Of a stretch of DNA of 64,000 nt, positions 29,212 to 42,652 are shown piece after piece (the stretch's first letter is position 1; every line of letters starts with the position of its first letter). Source of the stretch: an uncultured Verrucomicrobiae bacterium. GTDB lineage: Bacteria > Verrucomicrobiota > Verrucomicrobiia > Limisphaerales > UBA11358. Made by a program: the position numbers and the translations under genes. The DNA is taken from contig CAVXQV010000011.1 of the NCBI GenBank assembly GCA_963764035.1, positions 105,042 to 169,041 on the forward strand. The letters are read 5' to 3'. The notes beneath the pieces were generated by a model. The model made no database searches. It saw nothing but the letters and a program-made list of their open reading frames with translations, and was not told the origin of the DNA.

Positions 29212-29484
29212 GATGTCGCAAAATCATTTTGGGACATCCCCCCGGAGTTTTGGGACATCGCAAAGCCAGCTCGTGACATCCCATCGTCGTTTCGCGACGT
29301 CGCACCCCTGGCTTGGGACATCCCAAAACCGCGGTGAGACATCGCGAAATCCTGGCGCGACATCCCGCCGGCGTCTCGGGACATCGCAAAGTTGGCGGGT
29401 CAGATCCCGGCGTCGTTCCGCGACATCGCACCCTTGGCCTGGGATATCGCAGGGCCGCTTTGGGACATCGCCGCCTGGTTTCCT
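29212..29484. repeat. Degenerate tandem array R3, 21-bp phase with 42-bp and 126-bp higher order, 13 units
   Basis: GACATC or variants sit at 29212 + 21n for n=0..12. Units mostly alternate GACATCCC and GACATCGC. Units 2-7 resemble units 8-13 pairwise. The array ends 95 nt before the kinase start. Confidence 0.88.
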
Positions 29485-29578
29485 CCATTTCGCTTTGAAC
29501 GACCGGCGGCTTGACGTAATTTATCGCCATGCAAACCCGACGGACCCGTCCGGCCATTGAGCCCATCAGGAGGGAGCC

Positions 29579-33519
<3,941 letters not shown>

Positions 33520-33538
33520 AGAACGAATTTTCCCCCGC

Positions 33539-34711
33539 ATGAAAAAACTCTCCGACTGCCGCGTGCTGCTGGTGGATGATGCCAAGGCCAACCTCGACAT
33601 CCTGGTCGAGGGCTTGAAGGCCGACCACAAGTTGAGCCTCGCGCTCAACGGCGAGATGGCCCTGCAAATCGCCGCGCGCACGCCGCCGGATCTGGTGCTG
33701 CTCGACATCATGATGCCGGGCCTGGACGGCTACGAAGTCTGCCGCCGCATGCGCCAGATGCCGGAGACGGCCGAGGTGCCGATCATGTTTTTGTCGTCGC
33801 TCGAAGAGGTGCAGAACAAGACGCGCGGCTTCGAGGCGGGCGCGAATGATTATCTCACCAAGCCGTTCGACATGCTGGAGGTGAAGGCGCGCGTGCGGTC
33901 GCTGCTCAAGGCCAAGGCCTACAGCGACGCGGTGAAGGAACAAATCGCCAGCGAACTGCGCGTCGCCCGCGAAATCCAGATGGGCATGTTGCCGCACGAT
34001 TTTGCGCAGCGTGGAACAAACCTACGGCGTCGAGCTTCGGCGCGCGTGCTGGAACCGGCGCGCGAAGTGGGCGGCGATCTTTACGGCGTCTGCGCCGCCG
34101 GCGCCGGAGCGGCTGGTGGTTTTCCTGGGCGACGTTTCCGGCAAGGGCATTCCCGCCTCGATGTTCATGGTGCGCGCGATCAGCCTGGCGCGGTTGCTGG
34201 CGCGGGAAATCGCCGAGCCGGAGAAGATTCTCGCGCGGTTGAACGACGAGCTGGCCGCGGACAATCCGTCCGGCATGTTCGTGACGTTTCTGTGCGCGGT
34301 GTTCGAGCCGAAGTCCGGCCGGCTCACGCTGGCGAATGCAGGCCATTGCCGTCCGGTGATTTTGCACGACGGCCAGCCGCCGCGCTGGGCGGTCAAAAAT
34401 CTCGGCACGGCGCTCGGCTTCGAGCCGGGACTGGAATTCGAGCGCACCGAATTGCAAGTTGCACACCGGCGATGCGCTGATGCTTTATTCGGACGGCGTG
34501 ACCGAGGCGTTCAATCCGCAGGAGGAACTTTACGGCGACGACCGGCTGCTCGCGGACGCCGCCGGGTTGTCCGGCCAGTCCGCGCCGGCCATTACCGCCG
34601 AGTCTGCTGCAGAAAGTCCGCGCCTTTGCCGGCGGCGCGCCGCAGTCCGACGACATCGCCATCCTGGCGTTGAAAGTGAACGGCACAGCGGGTAAGTTGG
34701 ACGGCGCATGA
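33539..34711 (+). CDS. Response regulator fused to a PP2C/SpoIIE phosphatase (RsbU-like); frame broken at least 3 times
   Basis: REC motifs: VLLVDDAKANLD, LDIMMPGLDG, TKPF. PP2C motifs: EIQMGMLP, GGDLYG, VFLGDVSGKGIPASMFM, TLANAGH, LMLYSDGVTEAF, QSDDIAILA. The pieces lie in ORFs 33395..34480, 34002..34673 and 34459..34695. Confidence 0.82.
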
Positions 34712-35159
34712 CCCTGGAATTGCGCGCCACGCCGGAGGAAGTCATGCGCGCCGTGGAGGCATTGCAGGAATTCGCCCGCGCGGCAGCAGGTTCCGGAGAA
34801 AATCATTTTCGGCCTCGCGCTGGCGCTGGAAGAGTGCGGCAGCAACATCGTCAATCATGCGCTGAAACGGGACGCGCACCAGACGTTCCGCGTGACCATC
34901 GAGCGCGACGGCGACGTGCTGTTCGTCGAATTGCGCGATCGCGGCCCGGAGTTTGACCCCACGCGCCGCGCCGCCGCAGGCCGGTTTGCAAGAGAGCGAC
35001 GACGATCTGCCCGGCGGCTGGGGCATCCAACTGGTCCGCCGTTACACGGATGAAATTCGTTACCGCCGCGAAGCCGGAGAGAATATCCTGCGCCTGGGCA
35101 AGCGGCTGTCGCCGGCCGCCGGCGCGACAAATTTCAACAGTCCGAACCAAACCAATTGA
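34708..35159 (+). CDS. RsbW/SpoIIAB-like anti-sigma serine kinase (HATPase_c); frame broken at least twice
   Basis: ATGA overlap with the upstream gene. Motifs: LALEECGSNIVNHA, FVELRDRGPEFDP, GGWGIQLVRRYTDEIRY. The pieces lie in ORFs 34708..34956 and 34953..35159 plus a third frame. Confidence 0.7.
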
Positions 35160-35179
35160 AACCACAACAGCAAACTGAT

Positions 35180-35566
35180 ATGCCACTCGAAATCCAAATC
35201 CAAAAGAACATCGGCCCCAAAAACACCGGCGCGGTCACCGTGAAACTCACCGGCAGCCTGGACACCGCCACCGCGCCCGACCTGGAGCGCCAGCTCGCGC
35301 CCGTGCTGGGCGGCCCGGTCAAGGACGTCGTGTTTGACCTGGCCCAGCTGAAGTTCATCAGCAGCGCCGGCCTGCGCGTGTTTTCCGCCGCCCGCAAGAC
35401 GCTCAAGGAGCGCGGCGGCCAGGCCTCGTTCGTGAACATGCAGCCGCAAATCCAGGAAGTCTTTGAAATCATCAAGTCGCTGCCCGGCGTGGCGATTTTC
35501 AAGGACGTGGCCGAGCTGGACAAATATCTGGCCGCGCGGCAGCGTTCACACGCGGACAACCAGTAG
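35180..35566 (+). CDS. STAS-domain anti-sigma-factor antagonist (RsbV/SpoIIAA-like)
   Basis: Intact ORF with VFDLAQLKFISSAGLRVF (phosphorylatable Ser context). ATG at 35180. Confidence 0.8.
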   Translation: MPLEIQIQKNIGPKNTGAVTVKLTGSLDTATAPDLERQLAPVLGGPVKDVVFDLAQLKFISSAGLRVFSAARKTLKERGGQASFVNMQPQIQEVFEIIKSLPGVAIFKDVAELDKYLAARQRSHADNQ

Positions 35567-35605
35567 AGATTTGACCGCTCCGCCGGCATCGTCCGGACGG
35601 AAAAC

Positions 35606-36625
35606 ATGAGCAGCCGCATCCTCATCGTTGACGACACGCCGGCCAACATCCAGGCGCTGGCGGGCACGTTGAAGGACAAAGGCTACCAAATCAGCGTGGC
35701 CACCAATGGCCGGCAGGCACTCGAGGTCGTCGGGCGAATGCGACCCGATTTGATCCTGCTCGATGTGATGATGCCGGAGATGGACGGGTTCGAGACCTGC
35801 CGCCAGTTGAAGGCCGCCGCCGCCACGCATGACATTCCGGTGATCTTCCTGACCGCGCGCACCGAGACGACCGACATCGTGAAGGGATTTGATTTGGGCG
35901 CGCTGGATTACGTGTCCAAGCCTTTCAACGCGCCGGAATTGCTGGCGCGCGTCAACACACACCTGACGATTGACCGGCTCCACCGGGAAAACGAGCGGCT
36001 GCTGCTCTCCATTTTGCCGGCGTCCATCGCGAAACGGCTGAAATCGAGCGACGCGGGCATCGCCGATCATTTCCCGGAGGTCAGCGTGCTCTTTGCCGAC
36101 ATTGTGGATTTCACCGTTCTGTCCAGCGGCATGTCACCCCAGCCGCTGGTGTCGCTGCTCAACGAGCTGTTCACCCGGTTCGATGAACTGGCGCGCCAGC
36201 ACCGGGTCGAAAAAATCAAGACCATCGGCGATTGTTACATGGCCGTGTGCGGCGTGCCCGACCCGCGCCCCGACCACGCGGCGGCGCTGGCCGAGATGGC
36301 GCTGGAAATGATCGGGTGTCTGAAACAATTCAACTCCAGCCGCGGCACTTCCGTCCGCATCCGCATCGGCATGAACACCGGGCCGGTGGTCGCCGGCGTG
36401 ATTGGCCGGAGCAAGTTCATCTACGATTTGTGGGGCGACACGGTGAACACCGCCAGCCGCATGGAATCCACCGGCCTGCCCGACCGCGTGCAGGTGACCG
36501 AGCCGATGCAGCGGGCGCTGGCAGCGGGATTCGACCTCGCCGAGCGCGGCGAAGTGGAGGTCAAAGGCAAGGGCCGCCTGCGCACGTGGCTGTTGGTTGG
36601 ACGCAAACCGGCCGTGCCCGCCTGA
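35606..36625 (+). CDS. Response regulator fused to a class III adenylate/guanylate cyclase
   Basis: Intact 339 aa. REC motifs: ILIVDDTPANIQ, LDVMMPEMDG, SKPF. Cyclase motifs: VLFADIVDFT, KTIGDCYMAV, GPVVAGVIG, YDLWGDTVNTASRMES. Confidence 0.88.
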   Translation: MSSRILIVDDTPANIQALAGTLKDKGYQISVATNGRQALEVVGRMRPDLILLDVMMPEMDGFETCRQLKAAAATHDIPVIFLTARTETTDIVKGFDLGALDYVSKPFNAPELLARVNTHLTIDRLHRENERLLLSILPASIAKRLKSSDAGIADHFPEVSVLFADIVDFTVLSSGMSPQPLVSLLNELFTRFDELARQHRVEKIKTIGDCYMAVCGVPDPRPDHAAALAEMALEMIGCLKQFNSSRGTSVRIRIGMNTGPVVAGVIGRSKFIYDLWGDTVNTASRMESTGLPDRVQVTEPMQRALAAGFDLAERGEVEVKGKGRLRTWLLVGRKPAVPA

Positions 36626-36627
36626 AA

Positions 36628-37290
36628 ATGTCCAGCGATTCTGCCAAGCCGTCCAAGCGCGTGCTCGATTCCTATGAGCGGGTGTCTGAAGTTTTGTTCG
36701 GGCTGATCATGGTGCTCACGTTCACCGGCTCGATCAACGCCGCGCAGGCGGGCCGGGCGGAAATCCGCACGATGCTGTTCGGCGCGCTGGGCTGTAATCT
36801 GGCCTGGGGCATTATTGATGGCGTTTTGTATCTGATGGGTTGTCTGGCCGACCAGAGCGGAAGGCTCCGAACCTTGTGGGCGTTGCGCCGCACAACCAAC
36901 GATCAGGAGGCGCACCGCGCCATCGCCGACGCGTTGCCGCCGCTGGTCGCGTCCGTGATGCAACCGGCCGAGTTCGAAGCCATCCATCAACGGTTGATCC
37001 GATTGCCCGAGCCGCCGAAACGCGCGCGGTTGGGCGGACGCGATTACCTCGGCGGGCTGGCGGTTTTCCTGCTCGTGTTCTTCTCCACCTTTCCCGTGGT
37101 CATTCCGTTCCTGTTCATGCAGGAAACCACGCTGGCGTTGCGCACCTCCAACGTCGTCGCCATTGGAATGTTGTTCCTCACCGGTTACGCCTACGGCCGC
37201 TGCACCGGGCGGCGCCCGTGGGTCACGGGGATTGTAATGATCTTCGTCGGCGCGGGACTGGTTGGACTTAGCATGGTGCTGGGCGGATGA
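36628..37290 (+). CDS. VIT1/CCC1-family-like membrane protein
   Basis: 220 aa. The N-terminal helix region is SEVLFGLIMVLTFTG and hydrophobic helices follow at the C-terminus. The family call is made by eye. Confidence 0.5.
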   Translation: MSSDSAKPSKRVLDSYERVSEVLFGLIMVLTFTGSINAAQAGRAEIRTMLFGALGCNLAWGIIDGVLYLMGCLADQSGRLRTLWALRRTTNDQEAHRAIADALPPLVASVMQPAEFEAIHQRLIRLPEPPKRARLGGRDYLGGLAVFLLVFFSTFPVVIPFLFMQETTLALRTSNVVAIGMLFLTGYAYGRCTGRRPWVTGIVMIFVGAGLVGLSMVLGG

Positions 37291-37525
37291 TGATCGGTTG
37301 CGGTCCGTCCCTTAACTTTTCATCTTTGCGCCCTCGCCCTCGTGTCCCTTTGCACGACGCGTTTCCATTTTGCGAAGAGCGCCCGCCAACCAAAAGGTCG
37401 CCGGATGGAGCGTCCGCCAGCCAAAACCCTGCCGTCTGGCTTGCTGCGTGACGGAACGCGCGGCTTTGCCGGTGGGCGGCGTGGTTTCAAGCAAAGGCAA
37501 CTCGCAGAATGCCGGACAGGAAACT

Positions 37526-37903
37526 TCAGCCGTTTTCATCACGTTCAGCACTTTTCATCGCCTTGCGAAGTGCGGCGAATAATTTATCCGGGCCATCTCC
37601 TTTGGCGACAAAACCCGACGCGCCGGCCGCGTGGGCGAGCCGTTCAATCTGCCGCGCGTCGAACATCGTGGTGGCGACTATGGGCAGCTCCGGCAACCGT
37701 TCGCGCAGGGACTTGATCAAATCCAGTCCGCTGGAGGACTGGAGCCGGATGTCGGTCAGCACCACGTCGGGCGGGTGCGACACGATGGCCGCCAGCGCCG
37801 CCGGCGCGTCCTCCGCCTGGCCGCACACGGACAGGTCCGGCTCGCGTTCGATGGCCTCGATGATGCTCCGCCGCATCAGCGAATGGTCCTCCACGAGAAA
37901 CAC
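37526..37903 (-). CDS. Stand-alone receiver (CheY-like) protein
   Basis: FLVEDHSLMRRS ... VVLTDIRLQSSSGLDL ... VAKG. A GTG at 37903 preceded by GAGGAAA is proposed as the start, because the ORF-track start overlaps the upstream gene. Confidence 0.7.
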   Translation of the reverse strand: MFLVEDHSLMRRSIIEAIEREPDLSVCGQAEDAPAALAAIVSHPPDVVLTDIRLQSSSGLDLIKSLRERLPELPIVATTMFDARQIERLAHAAGASGFVAKGDGPDKLFAALRKAMKSAERDENG

Positions 37904-37968
37904 CCGTTTCCTCGGACCCGGACGTATGTCCGATGCGCGTGCCGGCAGGCTCTTGTTCGCGGAGGCGT

Positions 37969-38856
37969 TCAATTGGTGGACAGGTGTTGGCGGTATTCGG
38001 TGGGTGACTGCCCGGCGATGTTCCGGAACACGCGGTTGAAATGCGTCAGGGACTGAAAACCCACCTCGTAGGCAATCTCGCTGATCCGATAGTTCGCGTT
38101 CAGCAACAGGGTCTTCGCCTTCTCCACCCGGACGCCGGAAACGTAATTGGCGAAATTCACCCCGGTGACCTTCTTGAACATCTTGCAAAAGTAGAACGGG
38201 CTCATCCGGGCCTGCTTGGCCACGGTGCCGAGGGAAAGTTCCTCATGGGCATTCGCCTCGATAAATTGCCGGGCGCGCGTGATCTGCACGGGTTCGGCAT
38301 CTGTTTGTTGCAGCATGATTTGATTGGCGAGCGCGCCGAGCTGGTCGGCAAAAAACTGGAGCAGCCGGATCGTCGCCTCGTATTCAGCCGTCGGCACGAC
38401 CGGGGTCTCGTTGTAATGCCGCGCCGCTTCCTGGCGGTCGGTGTCCAGCCCCCACTCCTTGATCAGGTTCAGCGCGCGGCTGGTCTGCTGCGGCTTGGGC
38501 GCCTTGAAAAAAACCTGGCCGGTCTGGAGGTAGGCGATGATTTCCTTGCCGATTTTCACGCCCACGGCCGATTCATGGAGGCCGAACGAGCAGCGCAGCG
38601 TGCAGGGCACGCCGTTGACCCCTTCGCAAACCCGCTGTTGCATCCGCAAACAGGCCGCGCACGACTGGCTCTCCTTCGACATCAAGGCGCAAAACCCGTT
38701 CTGGCGCCGGCTGCCGTGGTGGGCCAGTTGCCAGCCCTCGACCGCCCGCAGGGTCAGCGGCAATTGCGTGGCCTCCTCGAAGGCCCGTTGATACTCGCGG
38801 AAAATGTCCGAGCCGGCCAGCTTCTCCACCAGTTGCTTGTTCGAGCTGGTGACCAT
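37969..38856 (-). CDS. AraC-family transcriptional regulator with an N-terminal Cys-rich (PocR-like) sensor domain
   Basis: HTH motifs: LGTVAKQARMSPFYFCKMFKKVTG and ISEIAYEVGFQSLTHFNRVFRNIAGQSPTEYR. The start is uncertain: the ATG at 38856 is preferred, with alternatives at 38997 and 39048. Confidence 0.8.
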   Translation of the reverse strand: MVTSSNKQLVEKLAGSDIFREYQRAFEEATQLPLTLRAVEGWQLAHHGSRRQNGFCALMSKESQSCAACLRMQQRVCEGVNGVPCTLRCSFGLHESAVGVKIGKEIIAYLQTGQVFFKAPKPQQTSRALNLIKEWGLDTDRQEAARHYNETPVVPTAEYEATIRLLQFFADQLGALANQIMLQQTDAEPVQITRARQFIEANAHEELSLGTVAKQARMSPFYFCKMFKKVTGVNFANYVSGVRVEKAKTLLLNANYRISEIAYEVGFQSLTHFNRVFRNIAGQSPTEYRQHLSTN

Positions 38857-39154
38857 GGTGAAATTGGCGGGCAGGCGGTTCGCGGCGGGCGCGGACCCGG
38901 CCGGCGGCGGGAAGCCCGCGGGCGCCACCTGCCGCAACGCCACCGGCAACCGCGGGGCGGGTGCGACAAACTCAACTGATATTCTTGTTCCATTCATGGG
39001 AGCAGAATAGAACGGAATTGAATTCCCGCCTATTGGCGCGAAAGACACGCGCGCGTAGGGCCGGGGAAACGCGGCGGATAGGGAAAATGCTTATCCGGCT
39101 AAAACGATGCCTTACGGAACGATGCAGTAGGACAGGCGTCGCGCCTGTCCCATG

Positions 39155-39625
39155 AGGATGAGGGCGGGCGTAAAACACAAAATGATTTGGTTGCAACGAC
39201 CGTCCTCACCCCGGCCCTCTCCTCCGAGGAGAGGGTGGAACTGCCGCCGCCGCCCTGACAATCCACGCGCCGGATTTGCCGGATGGCCAACTGCATCACC
39301 GGAAACGCCCGCAGGCTGTTCCTTCTCCCTGGGGGAGAAGGTCAGGATGAGGGCGGGCGTAAATCACAAAACAATTCAGTTTTAACGACCGTCCTCACCC
39401 CGGCCCTCTCCTCCGAGGAGAGGGTGGAACTGCCGCCGCCGCCCTGACAAGCCATGCGCCGGATTTGCCGGATGGCCAACCGCATCACCGGAAACGCCCA
39501 CAGGCTGTTCCTTCTCCCCGAGGGAGAAGGTCAGGATGAGGGCGGGCGTAAACCACAAACCAATTCAGTTTTAACGACCGTCCTCACCCCGGCCCTCTCC
39601 TCCGAGGAGAGGGAGCACCCGCCCG
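39155..39625. repeat. Tandem repeat, 189-bp unit, about 2.5 copies, each unit carrying two REP-like hairpins
   Basis: AGGATGAGGGCGGGCG starts at 39155, 39344 and 39533. Each unit contains the hairpins CCTTCTCC-N5-GGAGAAGG and CCCTCTCC-N6-GAGAGGG. Confidence 0.9.
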
Positions 39626-39659
39626 CCGCCGCCATGAACGGAGGGCCGGGCCATCGGCA

Positions 39660-40397
39660 TCAGGCCGCCGGCGGGGTGGGCGCGGGCGGGACGGGGTCGG
39701 GCGTCTCGCCGGGGTTGGCGGCATACACCACGCCCCACTCGCGCGCCTGGCGGCGCAGGGCGGACGGCTCGCTCTGGCGATAGGTGAATTCGATGGTGTC
39801 CCACAAATCCAAAATGCAGGCGTCCGCGGCCGGCCGCAACCCTTGCACGCCCCGCTGCGCGAGGTCGTAGGCGTCCTTGGCCGTGCTGGCCGCTTCGAGC
39901 AGGGGCAGATAGGCCGTGAGCGCGGCGTCCACGTCCGCGGCGGCGGGCAGGGCCATGGGTTGATAGGCGGCGCCCTCGGCGGCCTGGCGGGCGGCCTCGC
40001 CGGCGATGGTGTTTTGCGCCCAGGTCAGGCGGTCGGCGTGGTTGGCGATGACGGGCGCGGAGGCGGAGCTGGCGTCCAGCTTGTAATAGGCGCGGGCGCC
40101 GGCGTTGAAAATGCCGCGGGCCACGCCGAGGTTGAAGACCTGGAAGAAGTGGGAGATGACCTGTTCGAGCAGGCGGCCCTGGGCGTCGGCGGTCTTGTTG
40201 GCGGTGATCTGGGCGACGAGGGCGGCGGAGGCGGTGCCGGCCCTGGCCTTCCAGAGGGTGCGCTGGGCGGTGAGCGTGGTGTTTTGGTCCGCCGAGAAGG
40301 CCCGCTGTGGGGCGGGGGTGGCGGCCCATTTGTTGAAGGCGGCGTCCAAGGCGCTGGTGCGCTGGGTGTCGCTGCCGGGTAACGTGCGTGCTGGCAT
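39660..40397 (-). CDS. Hypothetical protein (245 aa, Ala-rich, very high GC)
   Basis: Intact ORF with no motif I recognise, flanked by repeat arrays on both sides. Coding status rests only on ORF length and the absence of a better antisense candidate. Confidence 0.5.
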   Translation of the reverse strand: MPARTLPGSDTQRTSALDAAFNKWAATPAPQRAFSADQNTTLTAQRTLWKARAGTASAALVAQITANKTADAQGRLLEQVISHFFQVFNLGVARGIFNAGARAYYKLDASSASAPVIANHADRLTWAQNTIAGEAARQAAEGAAYQPMALPAAADVDAALTAYLPLLEAASTAKDAYDLAQRGVQGLRPAADACILDLWDTIEFTYRQSEPSALRRQAREWGVVYAANPGETPDPVPPAPTPPAA

Positions 40398-40533
40398 AGG
40401 TTTTAGTCGGTTTTAGTGCTGTCTGGCTGTTTTTTCGTTCATTGATTGGATTTTCTACGGTTTTGGATCAGGTTCGGTGCCGTAAAATCGGGCGGGTTTG
40501 GCTCAATTGATGCCCTTTTTGGTGTAAATATCG

Positions 40534-40900
40534 TCAAGTGGCTGTCAACTAACCGGTTGCCGGGTATGGCAGTGGGCAAGTTGAATTCAACTGACGGTCT
40601 GCCATGTATGGGAGGGGGCAAGTTGAATTCAACTGACGGTCTGCCATGTATGGGAGGGGGCAAGCTGGATTCAACTGATGGGTTGCCATGTATGGGAGGG
40701 GGCAAGTTGGATTCAACTAACGGTCTGCCATGTATGGAGGGGGCAGTGGATCAACTGATGGGTTGCCATGTATGCAGGGGCGAGTTGGATTCAACTGACG
40801 GTCTGCCATACATGGCAGGGGGCCAGTTGAATTCAGCCAACGCCCTTGGCGGTGTCAAGGGAGGGGGGTTGAGACCGGCTGGCGTGCCGGGCGACGGCGG
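40534..40900. repeat. Tandem array R4, 42-bp unit (2 x 21), about 9 units, decaying at both ends
   Basis: Unit GGCAAGTTGAATTCAACTGACGGTCTGCCATGTATGGGAGGG, with the palindrome GTTGAATTCAAC and the near-palindrome CCATGTATGG. GAATTC/GGATTC sits at 40583, 40625, 40667 and 40709. Later units carry small indels. Confidence 0.88.
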
Positions 40901-41208
40901 AGGGGGGCAGTTGAAATCCACCGGCGGTCGGGCGCAACGGGCGGTGGCGTGGCGGCGGCGGGCGATGGGGGTGTCTGCCGCCGGAATGGCTGACGGAAAT
41001 GGGCGCAGGGGTATTGCCGGGCGAAAACAAGCTCGCCGAGGGTTTTGGAAATGGTTCATTCCAATCATCCCGACTCCGCTGATATTGTCTCCCCAGGCGC
41101 GGCGCGGGGCTACACCCTTAATGGTATTGAATGAACATTTCTTGCCACGGTTTGAAGGCGGATTCCGTGCGGAGAGGGAGGCGAAGGCTGCGGCGAGGGG
41201 ATTGGGCG

Positions 41209-41655
41209 TCACTTCTTAAACGTCATGCGGCCTGCCACGCTTGGATGCCCAAATACCATCTCTCCATCTGCCATGTGGTCGAGAAAAAACATTTCATCGT
41301 TACTACCCGGCAGGGCGTCCCGCGTCTTGGTGACTATCAAAACACCGTCCTGGTCAACCCGCCAATACAGGTGACGCTCCTGTTTGTCCGGGCTGTTCGT
41401 GTGTAACACGCTCAACTGTCCATCGGGACTGAACGTAAAGAGCACGAATGGACCATCGGGATTATAGTTGTCAAACCACCAACTGCCGACGATGTGCGCT
41501 CGCAGTTCAGCAGCCGGCACTGTTGTATGCAATTCAGCAGCCGACGCCGCTGAATGTGGCTCTGTCTGCCTGCACGCCGTCAGCAAGCAACCCAACGAGA
41601 TCAATAACAGTGCATTCTTTACAAGCTGTGTTTCATGGCAATGAGTCTGCCCCAT
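41209..41655 (-). CDS. Hypothetical lipoprotein
   Basis: Lipobox LISLGCLLTAC. GC is lower than the surroundings. The start is uncertain (41655 or 41679). Confidence 0.6.
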   Translation of the reverse strand: MGQTHCHETQLVKNALLLISLGCLLTACRQTEPHSAASAAELHTTVPAAELRAHIVGSWWFDNYNPDGPFVLFTFSPDGQLSVLHTNSPDKQERHLYWRVDQDGVLIVTKTRDALPGSNDEMFFLDHMADGEMVFGHPSVAGRMTFKK

Positions 41656-41772
41656 TTTTGAGGTCAATCTCTGATCCATGATTTGACCTTACCCCTGCGT
41701 TTTGGCCCTGTCCACAACTTTTGGCAGCGGAGGGGGCGGGCGCATCAAGATTCGCCCGGCGCACGGCCTGGC

Positions 41773-42465
41773 TTACGCGTCCGGGCCGCCCTGGGCCGCC
41801 ACCCAGCGGATGGCGAAGCGCTGGAATTCAGGCGTGGTCTTCAAGCCGAGCTTCTCCTTGATGTGCGCCCGGTGGACGTCCACCGTTTTGGGACTCAAGT
41901 GGAGGCGTTTGGCGATTTCATCCGTGCTCCAGCCGCCGCCAAACAGCCGCAAGACTTCCAGTTCACGGTCCGACAGTCTGCCCTCCGGCCCTTCACCCGT
42001 CTGTCCGGCCGGCCCGACCATCGCCTCCAGCATCCTGGCGGACATGCGCGGACTCAACGCCACCTGGCCGTTCAACACGGCGCGAATTGCCGTGGCGAGT
42101 TGCTCCGGCGCGCCGCCCTTCATCACGTAGCCGCGTCCGCCGGCCCGCAAAACCCGCGCGGCATAGAGCGATTCGTCCTGCATGGACATCGCCAGCACCG
42201 GCAGGCCCGGATGCAGCGCCTGGATGTCCTTGATGAGTTCCAAGCCGTCCTTGTCCGGCAATCCCATGTCCACCAGCACGAGGTCGGGTTGCAGTTTCGC
42301 AATGGCTTCCATCGCCTCGCGCGCCGTGCCGGCCTCGCCGCAGACGGCCAAATCCGGTTCGCGTTCCAGCAGGTCGGCCTGCCCGCGCCGCATCAGGGGA
42401 TGATCGTCCACCAGCAAAATTCTCTTCCGTTTGACGGCGGCGGCGGATGATTTCTTGACGGCCAT
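41773..42465 (-). CDS. NarL/LuxR-family response regulator
   Basis: REC motifs: ILLVDDHPLMR, VLVDMGLPDKDG. LuxR HTH: LSDRELEVLRLFGGGWSTDEIAKRLHLSPKTVDVHRAHIKEKLG. Confidence 0.88.
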   Translation of the reverse strand: MAVKKSSAAAVKRKRILLVDDHPLMRRGQADLLEREPDLAVCGEAGTAREAMEAIAKLQPDLVLVDMGLPDKDGLELIKDIQALHPGLPVLAMSMQDESLYAARVLRAGGRGYVMKGGAPEQLATAIRAVLNGQVALSPRMSARMLEAMVGPAGQTGEGPEGRLSDRELEVLRLFGGGWSTDEIAKRLHLSPKTVDVHRAHIKEKLGLKTTPEFQRFAIRWVAAQGGPDA

Positions 42466-42524
42466 GGCTTCTGGAATTGGGACTACTTCGTTGACACAAA
42501 TTTACCAATGACATTCGCAAACTT

Positions 42525-42635
42525 CTCCCTCTCCGCCGCGAAGCGGGGGAGAGGGCCGGGGTGAGGTGGCGCTGATTTCAATGGAAAAAGAATTGCCCCT
42601 CACCCTGACCCTCTCCCCGTCCGACGGGGAGAGGG
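42525..42635. repeat. Composite REP-like two-hairpin element, copy 2 (inverted relative to 28893..29098)
   Basis: CTCCCTCTCCGCCGCGAAGCGGGGGAGAGGG ... GGCGCTGATTTCAATGGAAAAAGAATTGCCCCTCACCC ... CCCTCTCCCCGTCCGACGGGGAGAGGG. Confidence 0.75.
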
Positions 42636-42652
42636 AATACAGCAATTGTATG

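Noticed and set aside
40446-41219. 257-aa plus-strand ORF spanning array R4 and the Gly/Arg-rich region beyond it.
   Set aside because: The open frame is driven by the repeats, the composition is low-complexity, and there are no motifs.
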